Assembly (NCBI GenBank): GCA_910589195.1
Contig: CAJUTC010000005.1
Location: 23,957-87,956 of the forward strand
Source of the DNA: an uncultured Lachnospiraceae bacterium
Lineage (GTDB): Bacteria; Bacillota; Clostridia; Lachnospirales; Lachnospiraceae
Length of the DNA: 64,000 nucleotides
Reading direction: 5' to 3'
Shown: positions 18,276 through 28,542 of the stretch, piece by piece
Layout: each line of letters opens with the position of its first letter
Position numbering within the stretch: position 1 is the stretch's first letter
Notes under the pieces: model-generated
Told to the model about the DNA's origin: nothing
Database searches by the model: none
The model's input: only the letters and a program-made list of their open reading frames with translations
Position numbers and translations under genes: made by a program

Positions 18276-21200
18276 TTACTGAACCCACGCACCGTTTTCA
18301 TCAACTACATAATGATCTGGGGTGGTTGTATTGGCATACATGGCGCCGTCAGCACCAAGATAATACCATTTTCCTCCAGTCTGGATCCAGCCGGTAGCCA
18401 TAGCGCCATCCTGATTCAGATAGTACCATTTGCTTTGATCAAAAACCCAGTTCACTGCCATGGTTCCGTCCTGATTCAGGAAATACCATCTTCCGCCATC
18501 CATGATCCAGTTTGTGGCCATAGCGCCTAGGCCCGGAATAAGATAATACCACTGATTATTAAGATTCAGCCAGCCTTCTACCATATAGCCATTTGCATCA
18601 AAACGGTAGATGGAACCGTTAATTTTCGCCCATTGATTCTTGGGATAATCTTTGTCAGCCTTTTCCAGCCACCAGCCATTTTGGTTCTTGATCCATGTGC
18701 CGGTAACCGTAGGAGCTGAAGCCGGGCTGCCAGAAGAAGGTCCGCCAGAAGTGCTTCCTCCGGACACGCTTCCGCCACCTCCGCCTCCGCCAGAACTACC
18801 GCCAGAGCCGCCGCCGGAACCGCTCTTGCGAGTGCCTGTCTGGATTGCTTCTTTAAAGACTTCCGTTGCCTGATCCAATTCAGCCGCAACCGCCTGTGCC
18901 TCTTCTTTTGTCAACGGACTCTCTTTTGCCGCTTCCGCCTTTTTAATTGCTTCTTCAAATGCTGTAAGCACTTCGGATGAAACGAATCGAGTTCCTTGTG
19001 TTACTGCCGCTGGAACGCTGTTATTAACAGAAACCCCTTCCTTTGCTTCCTTCGCGCGTTTGATTGCTTCATCTACCTCTACCGGCTCATACGGAATGAT
19101 GGATGCGGTGGTCTGGATCGTGCCTTCATAATTTCCCGCGTCCTTTCCGATAAGGTTTGCGTGAACCACTACAATTTTATCCGTGCCTGGGTTGCGATCG
19201 GAAAATGCCCCGGTTACCTCTCCAAGCCGCACCTCATCGCCGCTTATAATCTTGCTTTCATCCAAAGCAGCCGTTACCGTAGCCTCTGCCGTTCCGTCAT
19301 AAATCTTATCTTCTACTTTTACCGTAACTAACGGCCTATTGGCAATGGTAAAGGTGATCCTTCCAGTTCCGGTACAAATATCATCCCTTGCCGCTGTAAC
19401 GGTTACTGTTGCCCCATCTCCTGCGTTTACGTTCTGGGAATAGGAAACGGTATACCAATCAGTACTGATGGCCTGCTCCCTTACCTTCACTGTTACAGAA
19501 GGCGTTTTTTCGGTCTTGTCATACACGTAACCGCCCTCAGGGATTCCCAGTTCAATCTTAGCTCTGGACAGATTGATACGCTCAATCACAAAGTCTACCG
19601 TTTTATGATCCGGAAGCACATAGTTTCCGCCGGATTTGTTGCTTATTGTTACGGTTGCAGTTCCAATATTTATGTTATTGGAATAGCTTACACTGTACTC
19701 GCTATCTGGAATCACCGTATTGCCGTCTTTTACAGTAACGGCAGGAGTAACGGGCCTTCCATTATAATCATACGGACCTGCTTCCAGGATAATTGCAGGA
19801 TTACTTACTTCTTTAGGAGAAACCGTCACGGTAATATCAACATTCTTAACGGTCTTATACGTATTGGTATCTGCCGGGGTAAAATCAGCCTTAAAGGAAC
19901 GGCTTCCCGCGTTTCCAACCAAGGTTTCCGGATTCTTCCAGCTCCAGGTGCCAGGAGTGTTCCCGGCAGGATTCTGAAGCGCCACCTCTTTTAAGGTTTG
20001 CCCGTATACAGCCTTTGGAGCCGGATAAGAAGAAAGCTTAGGAGCTACCTTTGGCTTATAGCTTTTATCTGCTAATGTAAGAATGCCTTCCCCGTAAAGA
20101 TCAAACTGATCCTCCTGACCTGTAGCGTATGTATAGGTAACCCAAGTGCCGTTCGGCTCAAAGGTATACCCGTTTCTTGCACTTCCCTGGCTGGTTCCCG
20201 CCAGGAATAAAAGATCCTCAGCTCCTACAGAATCGTCATCACAGTTTGTAATATCCACCAGATAATTTTTCCCGTCTTCCATGGTAACAATATTCCACAT
20301 GTGCGGGCCTTCCCCGGTTGCGCCTTCCATATCTCCTACAACGATGTAGCTGATTACCTTCTCATCCTCAAAGGTAGATAAGTCACAAAGATACTGGAAT
20401 GCTTTTGCGTATCCTTCACACACTACATTTGTGTTTTTATCGCCATCGAACACGTGAACCAACTGCCAGGGATCCCCGAAGGCAACGCTGCTGCTGCTTA
20501 CCGCACTATAATCATAAGATACCAGAGCGCAGATTTCCGCCCTGTACGCGTCCAGCTTTTCATAGTCATCTTTCCCTGCATGCTTTGACACTATGGCCTG
20601 GGCATTCTTTGCCGCGGCCTTTGCCGTATTGACTTTCGCGCCTTTCACTGTATACTCGCTTCCGTCCTGGTATGCCTTTGCAACCGGCATCCGGCAGGTT
20701 ATCTTCTGGGGGCCTGTAAGTGTTCCATTTTTATAGGAAAAGGAAAGACCCGCCAGTCCAGTCCCTTTCGTCTTGTCAAACCAGTACAGCTCATAGGGGC
20801 AGTTTACCAGCAAAAGATCAAGAGTAACTGCTAAATCAGGGAGGCACAGCTCTGCCGCTTTGTCTACTGCCTCTTCATTAATCTTATTGCCTACCACAAG
20901 AGAGGAAACGCCCAAATCAGCCGCGGTCCAACTGGTTTTGGTTACTCCCAGATCTTCCATTGTAAATTCGATCTCAGTGTTCCTTCTGGTTCCTTCCGCA
21001 ATTGCCGTAACTTCACGTTTCAGCTTTTGATAAAACTTTTTATCGACTCCTTCCAGCCGCTCTTCACCAAAATTGCCATAAAGGGCGATTCCGTCGTTGC
21101 CATACATGATCTGCTCAATGTAGGCGTCAAGAAGCTCCTGGCCATCCTGCTGATCCCAATCGCTTTCATCCGGAACTACAATCAAGTCCTCAAGCTGGAT

Positions 21201-21653
21201 TGTCAGTTGGCCTTCTTCTCCCTGGCAATCTGCTAACAGGGCGTCGTCCCTGCCGCATACTGGGCACTTCTCATTTATAGAGTCTTCCGTACATTTTTCG
21301 TTACAGATGCATTCCTTTGACTCTGGAGCCGGCTCTGTTGTCTGAGAAGCCTCTGACGGTTTGCTGACGTCTGACGTTTCTTCTTCCTCTTTGGAATCGT
21401 CTGCCACCCCATTGGTGCTTTCTGGTTCCTTTGACTCCGTTTCCTCTTCTTTTGTTTCTTCTTTTACTTCTTCTTTTGTTTCTTCCTCCGCATCCGTTTC
21501 TTTTTCCGCATCAGACGGGCTGGCAGCCTCCGTGCCTGATGGTTTACGTCCTGCCGATGCCCCTGTATCTGCCGAAGCAGAAAACGCTGTTACTTGGAAC
21601 AGCATACACATGGTAAGAAGCATACTCAGCAGCCTTTTTCCACGCATCTTCAT
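18276..21653 (-). CDS. Secreted cell-wall-bound protein with transglutaminase-like domain, MBG/YDG-like repeats and choline/glucan-binding repeats
   Basis: Signal peptide; acidic low-complexity segment; VCEGYAKAFQYLC / HMWNIV / LVDIT triad; YNG..TPAVTV repeats, KIYDG; Gly/Ser linker; C-terminal WYYLxxDGAMATGW repeats. Confidence 0.85.
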   Translation of the reverse strand: MKMRGKRLLSMLLTMCMLFQVTAFSASADTGASAGRKPSGTEAASPSDAEKETDAEEETKEEVKEETKEEETESKEPESTNGVADDSKEEEETSDVSKPSEASQTTEPAPESKECICNEKCTEDSINEKCPVCGRDDALLADCQGEEGQLTIQLEDLIVVPDESDWDQQDGQELLDAYIEQIMYGNDGIALYGNFGEERLEGVDKKFYQKLKREVTAIAEGTRRNTEIEFTMEDLGVTKTSWTAADLGVSSLVVGNKINEEAVDKAAELCLPDLAVTLDLLLVNCPYELYWFDKTKGTGLAGLSFSYKNGTLTGPQKITCRMPVAKAYQDGSEYTVKGAKVNTAKAAAKNAQAIVSKHAGKDDYEKLDAYRAEICALVSYDYSAVSSSSVAFGDPWQLVHVFDGDKNTNVVCEGYAKAFQYLCDLSTFEDEKVISYIVVGDMEGATGEGPHMWNIVTMEDGKNYLVDITNCDDDSVGAEDLLFLAGTSQGSARNGYTFEPNGTWVTYTYATGQEDQFDLYGEGILTLADKSYKPKVAPKLSSYPAPKAVYGQTLKEVALQNPAGNTPGTWSWKNPETLVGNAGSRSFKADFTPADTNTYKTVKNVDITVTVSPKEVSNPAIILEAGPYDYNGRPVTPAVTVKDGNTVIPDSEYSVSYSNNINIGTATVTISNKSGGNYVLPDHKTVDFVIERINLSRAKIELGIPEGGYVYDKTEKTPSVTVKVREQAISTDWYTVSYSQNVNAGDGATVTVTAARDDICTGTGRITFTIANRPLVTVKVEDKIYDGTAEATVTAALDESKIISGDEVRLGEVTGAFSDRNPGTDKIVVVHANLIGKDAGNYEGTIQTTASIIPYEPVEVDEAIKRAKEAKEGVSVNNSVPAAVTQGTRFVSSEVLTAFEEAIKKAEAAKESPLTKEEAQAVAAELDQATEVFKEAIQTGTRKSGSGGGSGGSSGGGGGGGSVSGGSTSGGPSSGSPASAPTVTGTWIKNQNGWWLEKADKDYPKNQWAKINGSIYRFDANGYMVEGWLNLNNQWYYLIPGLGAMATNWIMDGGRWYFLNQDGTMAVNWVFDQSKWYYLNQDGAMATGWIQTGGKWYYLGADGAMYANTTTPDHYVVDENGAWVQ

Positions 21654-22040
21654 TTCATCCCTCCATATTTACTAATTGGGTTCCAATTGATCATGCATTC
21701 CCCATGTTTTTGAGAAGCCAATCAACTAGCCCTTTTCTGATAAAATTCCTTAATCCCTCCTTACGTTCCAGCATAATATTTCCAAAGAGCCTTGCCTGCA
21801 AATTCGAACACTTTTCCGCATTTTGGTTCTTTTGGTTCCTGCGGTTCTTGGCCGCACTATAAGAATACCATATCTCCCCTTAAATTGAAACCAGCTTTTG
21901 TAAGAATTTTTGTATTTGCTCTCAATATAGTTCCATCTTGACTGACCACACCCCAGTCCGATAAAATTAGGCAAGAAGGTTTGCCAGGATCGAATCTAAT
22001 CTGTACACTGGCTCCCCAGCCAATCAGGCAAACCAAACAT

Positions 22041-23012
22041 TCAGGCACGCTCCAAAATCCGTTCTTCTAAAAGCTGAATCATTTCCTCTACGGTAGATAC
22101 CTGGTTGATCGCATTCCGCAGGGAGGCTGAATGGGGAAGACCTGCCGTATACCAGGCCATATGTTTGCGCATTTCCCGCATAGCCGTTTTTTCGCCTTTA
22201 TACTCGGCCAAAAGGATTCCATGGCGCAGAATCATCTCTTTTATTTCATTCAATTTTGGTTCTGGAACCAGCTCTCCTGTGTCCAGATACCGGGAAATTC
22301 TCGAAAAAATCCATGGGTTCCCTTTTGCGCCCCTGCCAATCATAATACCATCACATCCTGTTTCCTCCAGCATCCGCTTTGCGTCCTGAGGGGTAAACAC
22401 GTCACCATTTCCAATTACAGGAATCCCAACTGCCTCTTTTACTTGGCGGATCACATCCCAATCTGCCTTTCCGGAATAATACTGTTCCCTGGTGCGCCCA
22501 TGAACCGCTACCGCTGATACGCCACAGTATTCCGCAATTTCAGCGATTTCTACCGCATTCACCTGCTCCTCATTAAATCCTTTCCGGAATTTAACGGTTA
22601 CTGGTTTTTTTACATGTTTTACCATAGAAGTTAAAATCTGTTCCACCTTTTTCGGATCCTTCATCAGTGCGGAACCTTCCCCATTGTTGACAATTTTCGG
22701 AACCGGGCATCCCATATTAAAATCAATTACATCATACGGGCCATCTTCAATCTGTGCCGCAATTTCTCCCAGGATATCTGGATCCGAGCCAAAAAGCTGG
22801 ACAGCTACTGGCCGCTCTTCTTTCCCGATTTGAAGCAGCGCCTGAGTATTTTTATTGCGGTAAAGTATGGCCTTTGCACTCACCATCTCTGTCACCGCCA
22901 TGCCGCAGCCCTGCTCCCTGCAAAGAAGGCGGTAGGGTAAATCTGTCACCCCGGCCATGGGTGCTAAAATAAGATTATGCTCCAATGTAACATTACCGAT
23001 TTTCAGTTTCAT
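22041..23012 (-). CDS. dusB: tRNA-dihydrouridine synthase B
   Basis: LAPMAGVTD, DFNMGCP, VHGRT, GNGDV, MIGRG. Confidence 0.93.
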   Translation of the reverse strand: MKLKIGNVTLEHNLILAPMAGVTDLPYRLLCREQGCGMAVTEMVSAKAILYRNKNTQALLQIGKEERPVAVQLFGSDPDILGEIAAQIEDGPYDVIDFNMGCPVPKIVNNGEGSALMKDPKKVEQILTSMVKHVKKPVTVKFRKGFNEEQVNAVEIAEIAEYCGVSAVAVHGRTREQYYSGKADWDVIRQVKEAVGIPVIGNGDVFTPQDAKRMLEETGCDGIMIGRGAKGNPWIFSRISRYLDTGELVPEPKLNEIKEMILRHGILLAEYKGEKTAMREMRKHMAWYTAGLPHSASLRNAINQVSTVEEMIQLLEERILERA

Positions 23013-23401
23013 AAAAAATTCTCTCCATCAACCTTTGACATCTCTTTTCCCAGGACAAATACCTGGTAAAACAGTTCAAGGCTTTCTAACAATTCCCGCT
23101 TTTCCCGCTGGTATTGCCTGATTTTTAACTCGCTTCCAATTTCATCAAACAGATAATCCTGGTCATGGACTTCTACCCGGAACGTAAGTTTGCCCTCCGA
23201 AGAAAATTCCAAAATCAGCACGCCTCCTACATCTTCTGTAAAAAGCACACACAGAATTTGAAGTTCCTGCTTAATGCCTTCCGGAAGCTTTCCAAAGCTG
23301 GGGTTAAAGTAATACTTCTGCTCATACGAATTAGCTCCGCAAAGTATGGTCCGTTCTGCCTTTACTTCCATATGACTCTGATTGCCGCTCTGATTTTCCA
23401 T
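23009..23401 (-). CDS. Conserved hypothetical protein (DUF6145-like)
   Basis: LCGANSYEQKYYFN..F..LP..IK.EL pattern; 4-bp overlap with dusB; AAAGGAG SD. Confidence 0.7.
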   Translation of the reverse strand: MENQSGNQSHMEVKAERTILCGANSYEQKYYFNPSFGKLPEGIKQELQILCVLFTEDVGGVLILEFSSEGKLTFRVEVHDQDYLFDEIGSELKIRQYQREKRELLESLELFYQVFVLGKEMSKVDGENFL

Positions 23402-23563
23402 ATACTTCCTTTTCTCCTTTCATCCTATTGAAAGCTTAATAAGTGTTCGCAAAACTCCTTTGTAAGAAACAGGGGCTGCTTTGTCCAGACCCCGTCACGC
23501 CGGGAGAACGTTTCGCGATCATCTATATCAAAGTTTAAGCAATTGCCCTAAATAAAAGGCAAA

Positions 23564-23587
23564 GCGCCGTAAGCATACTTACGGCGC
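23564..23587. repeat. Perfect GC-rich hairpin (terminator or REP-like)
   Basis: GCGCCGTAAG-CATA-CTTACGGCGC downstream of pfkA. Confidence 0.6.
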
Positions 23588-23717
23588 CAAATAAACATTA
23601 CTGTCCGCATCTTGGTGCGGCTGTTCCCAGATCATGTTTGAAACTTTATGCTCACTTTGGAATGAACACGGCCTGCAAAACTTTGTTGACACAGCTTCCC
23701 GAGCCCAAGGCCAAACC

Positions 23718-24692
23718 TTACCGAACCAGCATCTTAAAGATCTCATACTGATCTTCTGGTATGTCTTTCTTCATACTCAGGGCTTCCTGAATATCAAAAT
23801 CAACATATGCGCCGTTCTTATATGCCACTACCCGGTTGCTCTTGCCTTCTGCCATCAAGAGGGCGGCTTTCGCACCCATAATGGATGCGTAAACGCGGTC
23901 TTTACAGGTAGGCGTGCCGCCACGCTGCATATGGCCTAAGATGGTAGCCCGGGTTTCGATTCCGGTGGCAGCCTCAATTCGTCTTGCCATAGAAGTAGAA
24001 TGTCCGATTCCTTCTGCGTTAATGATAATATTATGCTTCTTGCCCCTCTTACGGTTATCAATAATCCGGTTAATCAACGCCTGCTCATTGCCGTCATAGC
24101 GCTCCGGAAGCAGGATATCCTCAGCACCATTCGCAAAGCCGCACCATAACGCAATATAGCCCGCGTTCCGCCCCATAACCTCAATAATAGAGCAGCGCTC
24201 GTGGGAAGTGGATGTATCACGAACCTTATCAATGGCTTCCATCGCTGTATTTACCGCCGTATCAAAACCAATGGTATACTCGCTGCACGCAATATCCAAA
24301 TCAATAGTTCCCGGAACACCTATGGTATTAATTCCAAGGGCCGCAAGTTTTCCCGCACCCCGAAACGAACCGTCGCCGCCAATCACCACAATCCCGTCGA
24401 TCCCGTGCTTCCTACAAATCTGGGCGCCAAGCTCCTGGCCTTCCGGCGTAGTAAACTCCATACATCTGGCAGTATATAAAATCGTACCGCCCCGATGCAT
24501 AATGTCGGATACACTGGTGCTGTCCATATCTACAATCTCCTCTGAAAGGAGGCCCGCATATCCTCTCATAATTCCCTTAACTTTTAATCCTTCATGAATG
24601 GCCGTACGGACTACCGCACGGATCGCCGCGTTCATGCCTGGCGCGTCACCGCCACTGGTTAATACGCCAATCGTTTTTACTGCCTTTGCCAT
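23718..24692 (-). CDS. pfkA: ATP-dependent 6-phosphofructokinase
   Basis: TSGGDAPGMNAA, GGDGS, PGTID, EVMGR (ATP-type Gly signatures). Confidence 0.95.
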   Translation of the reverse strand: MAKAVKTIGVLTSGGDAPGMNAAIRAVVRTAIHEGLKVKGIMRGYAGLLSEEIVDMDSTSVSDIMHRGGTILYTARCMEFTTPEGQELGAQICRKHGIDGIVVIGGDGSFRGAGKLAALGINTIGVPGTIDLDIACSEYTIGFDTAVNTAMEAIDKVRDTSTSHERCSIIEVMGRNAGYIALWCGFANGAEDILLPERYDGNEQALINRIIDNRKRGKKHNIIINAEGIGHSTSMARRIEAATGIETRATILGHMQRGGTPTCKDRVYASIMGAKAALLMAEGKSNRVVAYKNGAYVDFDIQEALSMKKDIPEDQYEIFKMLVR

Positions 24693-24890
24693 AGCTTTAC
24701 CCTCCTGATATGAGAATCTATATCAACTTGTGTATTTGATTCAACCTGTGTAATCTTTGAAAATCCGCCGCCAATTAGGCGGCATGAATTCAGGGATGCC
24801 AAGTGCGCCCGCCAGACTTTCATGATTGGCGGCGCACTCACTTGTGAGCGCATGATGGTTTGCTTGTTTTTACTTTTATACATGAATATC

Positions 24891-27800
24891 TTAACCCATT
24901 TTTCTCCCTATTTCAATCCCTTTTTCCACCAGTCTGATATTTTTTTCACCAAGTATTTTCGTCAACTTATCCAATAATAGTGAATCAGCCCTTACATTCC
25001 AGTTAGACGGCAGAATTTTCTTTGCTTTTTCCTGTTTTAAATACAAGATTACAGAATCTTGACCCTCCTGGCCGCGCAGCAGGCCAAACAGTTCCCGCTC
25101 CTTAACATGGTAATCTTCCAGATTTTCAAACTGGATCCACAGCTCTTTTGGCACCTCTCCAAAAGGCACTGCCCGGCTGCAGACTAATTTTCCTATCGGC
25201 TCCTCACCCAGGGAAACCCTCCCCTGGATAAACAGTTTTTCATCCTGGACAAATAATTCCCGCTGGTTTTCATAAATATTTGGAAATACCAACACTTCCA
25301 CTGATCCCAGCATGTCCTCTAACGTGACAAAGGCCATCATTTGATTTTTTCTGGTAGTTTTAACAACCTTTCCTGTTACCATGCCTCCTATGGTCACCGT
25401 AGAGCCGTCTATTACCCTGGCTTTGTCAGTTTCCTCATCCACTATAAAGTCCACTGAAGTTGCCGTAACATTCTTCCTCCATATCCCTTCATAGGCATCC
25501 ATAGGATGGCCGCTTACGTAAATCCCCAAGGTTTCTTTTTCAAAGGCCAAAAGCTCTTCTTTCGGATACTCCTCTGCTTTTGGGAACCGGATCCGGAAAT
25601 CATCTTTTGTTTCCTCATCCGCAAAATCAAATAAGCTGATCTGCCCAGACATGGCTGTTTTCTTCTCCTTGGTTTTCTGCTCTAATATTTCCGGGGCAAC
25701 CATCATCTTCTGTTTCCGGTTCCCTGGCATGGAATCTAAGGCTCCTGATTTAATAAAGTTCTCCAGTGTCTTCCGGTTCACTTCCTTATTGGTCATGCGT
25801 CCCGCAAAATCCTCAATCGAAGAAAACAGGCCATTTTGCTCCCTTTCTCTTATAATGGACTCTACCACTGACTTGCCTACGCTTTTAATGGCTGAGAGGC
25901 CATACCGGATGGAATTACCAGATACGGAGAAGCCGCTCTCCCCTTCATTCATGTCTGGCGGCAAAATGGAGATTCCCATCTGGCGGCAGGTCAGGATATA
26001 CTCTGCCGCCTTATTCCCATTATCCATTACGGATGTCATAAGGGCCGCCATAAATTCCAGGGGATAATAATATTTCAGATACGCGGTCTGATAAGCCACC
26101 ACCGCATAGCACGCGGCATGGGACTTATTAAAAGCATATTTCGCAAAATCAATCATCTCATCGTAAATCATGTTTGCGGTCTGCTCACTGATCCCGTTCG
26201 CAATACATCCTGTCACTTGTTCCGCCAAGTTTCCGTAGACAAAATTCTTCCGCTCCTTTTCCATCACAGCGGTTTTCTTCTTGGACATAGCACGGCGCAC
26301 CAAGTCACTCCGCCCCATGGTATATCCGGCTAAATCCCGCACAATTTGCATAACCTGTTCCTGATAAACAATACAGCCGTAAGTTGGCCTTAAGATAGAC
26401 TCTAATTGTGGGCAGTCGTAGGTAATCGCGTTTTTGTCATTTTTTCCCTTCAGATATCTGGGAATAAAGTCCATAGGCCCCGGACGGTACAGGGATATGC
26501 CCGCAATCACATCCTCTAAGTTTTCCGGTTTCAGCTCCTTCATAAACCCCTTCATGCCGCCGCTTTCTAGCTGGAACACTCCTTCCGTTTTTCCCGTTCC
26601 GATGGATTCTAGCACACTTTTGTCATCATAGTCAATCTGATCCATATCCAATCGGATGCCATAGTTTTTCTCTATTTGGGAAACGGCATTGTTAATAACA
26701 GTCAAGGTACGTAAACCTAAAAAATCCATTTTAAGCAGACCCAACTCTTCCAATGTGGTCATAGTAAACTGGGTTATAATTGTTCCGTCAGCCGCCCGGC
26801 TCAAGGGAACGTACTCATCTACGGAAGTCCGGCTGATTACCACGCCTGCCGCATGCATGGAAGTATGTCTGGGCAGGCCTTCCAGGCGCTTTGACATATC
26901 AATCAGATATTTCACCTGTTCATCGCTTTCATAAGCCTTCCGAAGATCCGGTCTTTCCTTTAAAGCCCGATCCAAGGTCATTCCCAGATCCCTAGGGATC
27001 ATCTTGGCAATAGCGTCACACTGAGCGTACGGGTAATCCAGTACCCGGCCCACATCCCGGATTACACCTTTCGCCGCCAATGTACCAAATGTAACGATCT
27101 GTACCACCTGATCCGTTCCATATTTTTGCACCACATAATCAATTACTTCCTGACGCCGCTCATAGCAAAAATCAATATCAATATCCGGCATGGAAACCCG
27201 CTCCGGGTTTAAGAAACGTTCAAACAGCAGATCGTACCGGATGGGATCAATATTTGTAATCTCCAGGCAGTATGATACCAGGCTTCCTGCCGCTGATCCC
27301 CTTCCTGGGCCTACTGGGATCCCCTTAGAACGGGCAAAGTGAATAAAATCCCACACAATCAGGAAGTAGTCCACATATCCCATGGTGTGGATCACATCTA
27401 ATTCATAATCCAGCCGCTGCCACAGGGACTGGGCATCCTTAGCGTCGGGATATCGGCGGCTCAATCCTTCCCTGCAAAGCCGGTTTAAATAGCTCCAGGA
27501 GGTTTCCCCTTCCGGCACTTCAAATTTTGGAAGCTTGGTAACGCCAAACTCAATCTCCACATTGCACCGCTTCGCAATCTTTGCTGTATTATCCAAAGCT
27601 TCCTGGGCATAGGGAAACAGGGCTCGCATTTCTTCTTCCGATTTCATATAATACTGCCCGCCTTCATAGCGCATCCTGTTTTCATCTGTTACCTTTTTCC
27701 CTGTTTGGATGCAGAGAAGAATATCATGGGCATTGGCGTCCTCAGCATAAATGTAGTGAATGTCATTGGTAGCTACCAAGTCTATGGAAAGCTCCCGGCC

Positions 27801-28379
27801 AAGACGCAAAAGCCCCTGATTTACTGTGTTCTGAGCCGGGATTCCATGATCCTGAAGTTCCAGGAAAAAATTCCCTTTTCCAAATATATCCTCATAATGG
27901 AGGGCTGATTTCTTCGCTTCCTCATACATCCCCCGTTCCAGATACCGCTGCACCTCCCCTGCCAGGCAAGCGCTTAAGGCAATAATCCCCTCATGGTATG
28001 TGGAAAGTACCTCATAATCCACCCTGGGGCGGTAATAAAAGCCATCTACAAATCCTTTTGAAACAATTTTCATCAGGTTCTGGTAGCCTTTGTTATTCTC
28101 TGCCAGAAGCACCAGATGATAATACCGGTCTTCCCCGCTGACAGTTTCCCGGTCAAACCGGGAGCCGGGAGCCACATAAACCTCACAGCCAATAATCGGT
28201 TTTACCCCTGCGTCCATGGCCGCGCGGTAAAAATCAATTACTCCATACATCACCCCATGATCCGTAATGGCAAGGCTGTCCATCCCAAGCTCCTTTGCAC
28301 GGACGGCAATCTCTTTTATTTTACTGGAACCGTCTAACAGGCTGTATTCTGTATGAACATGCAAATGGGTAAACGCCAT
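24891..28379 (-). CDS. dnaE: DNA polymerase III alpha subunit
   Basis: HLHVHTEYSLLDG PHP domain, GPGRGSAAGS, MPDIDIDF, LLKMDFLGL, FNKSHA. Confidence 0.96.
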   Translation of the reverse strand: MAFTHLHVHTEYSLLDGSSKIKEIAVRAKELGMDSLAITDHGVMYGVIDFYRAAMDAGVKPIIGCEVYVAPGSRFDRETVSGEDRYYHLVLLAENNKGYQNLMKIVSKGFVDGFYYRPRVDYEVLSTYHEGIIALSACLAGEVQRYLERGMYEEAKKSALHYEDIFGKGNFFLELQDHGIPAQNTVNQGLLRLGRELSIDLVATNDIHYIYAEDANAHDILLCIQTGKKVTDENRMRYEGGQYYMKSEEEMRALFPYAQEALDNTAKIAKRCNVEIEFGVTKLPKFEVPEGETSWSYLNRLCREGLSRRYPDAKDAQSLWQRLDYELDVIHTMGYVDYFLIVWDFIHFARSKGIPVGPGRGSAAGSLVSYCLEITNIDPIRYDLLFERFLNPERVSMPDIDIDFCYERRQEVIDYVVQKYGTDQVVQIVTFGTLAAKGVIRDVGRVLDYPYAQCDAIAKMIPRDLGMTLDRALKERPDLRKAYESDEQVKYLIDMSKRLEGLPRHTSMHAAGVVISRTSVDEYVPLSRAADGTIITQFTMTTLEELGLLKMDFLGLRTLTVINNAVSQIEKNYGIRLDMDQIDYDDKSVLESIGTGKTEGVFQLESGGMKGFMKELKPENLEDVIAGISLYRPGPMDFIPRYLKGKNDKNAITYDCPQLESILRPTYGCIVYQEQVMQIVRDLAGYTMGRSDLVRRAMSKKKTAVMEKERKNFVYGNLAEQVTGCIANGISEQTANMIYDEMIDFAKYAFNKSHAACYAVVAYQTAYLKYYYPLEFMAALMTSVMDNGNKAAEYILTCRQMGISILPPDMNEGESGFSVSGNSIRYGLSAIKSVGKSVVESIIREREQNGLFSSIEDFAGRMTNKEVNRKTLENFIKSGALDSMPGNRKQKMMVAPEILEQKTKEKKTAMSGQISLFDFADEETKDDFRIRFPKAEEYPKEELLAFEKETLGIYVSGHPMDAYEGIWRKNVTATSVDFIVDEETDKARVIDGSTVTIGGMVTGKVVKTTRKNQMMAFVTLEDMLGSVEVLVFPNIYENQRELFVQDEKLFIQGRVSLGEEPIGKLVCSRAVPFGEVPKELWIQFENLEDYHVKERELFGLLRGQEGQDSVILYLKQEKAKKILPSNWNVRADSLLLDKLTKILGEKNIRLVEKGIEIGRKMG

Positions 28380-28469
28380 AAATGCTATCCCCCCTGTCTT
28401 TATTAAAGTGTTAATTTGTTAATGAAACCTATGGTAAAGTATACCATATCCGCCCAAATCCCACCACAA

Positions 28470-28493
28470 AAAAACACGCTTACGCGTGTTTTT
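28470..28493 (-). terminator. Rho-independent terminator after HPr-like gene
   Basis: AAAAACACGC-TTAC-GCGTGTTTTT. Confidence 0.7.
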
Positions 28494-28542
28494 ATGAAAA
28501 GCCAATTCCCCCAACCCATTATTTATCGTTTTGTTTTATTGG

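Noticed and set aside
21654..22040. c-di-GMP riboswitch or small ORFs upstream of the surface protein
   Set aside because: Only GGCAAACC is present, without the GAAA loop or GACGCAAAGC; the ORFs lack an SD or recognisable motifs.
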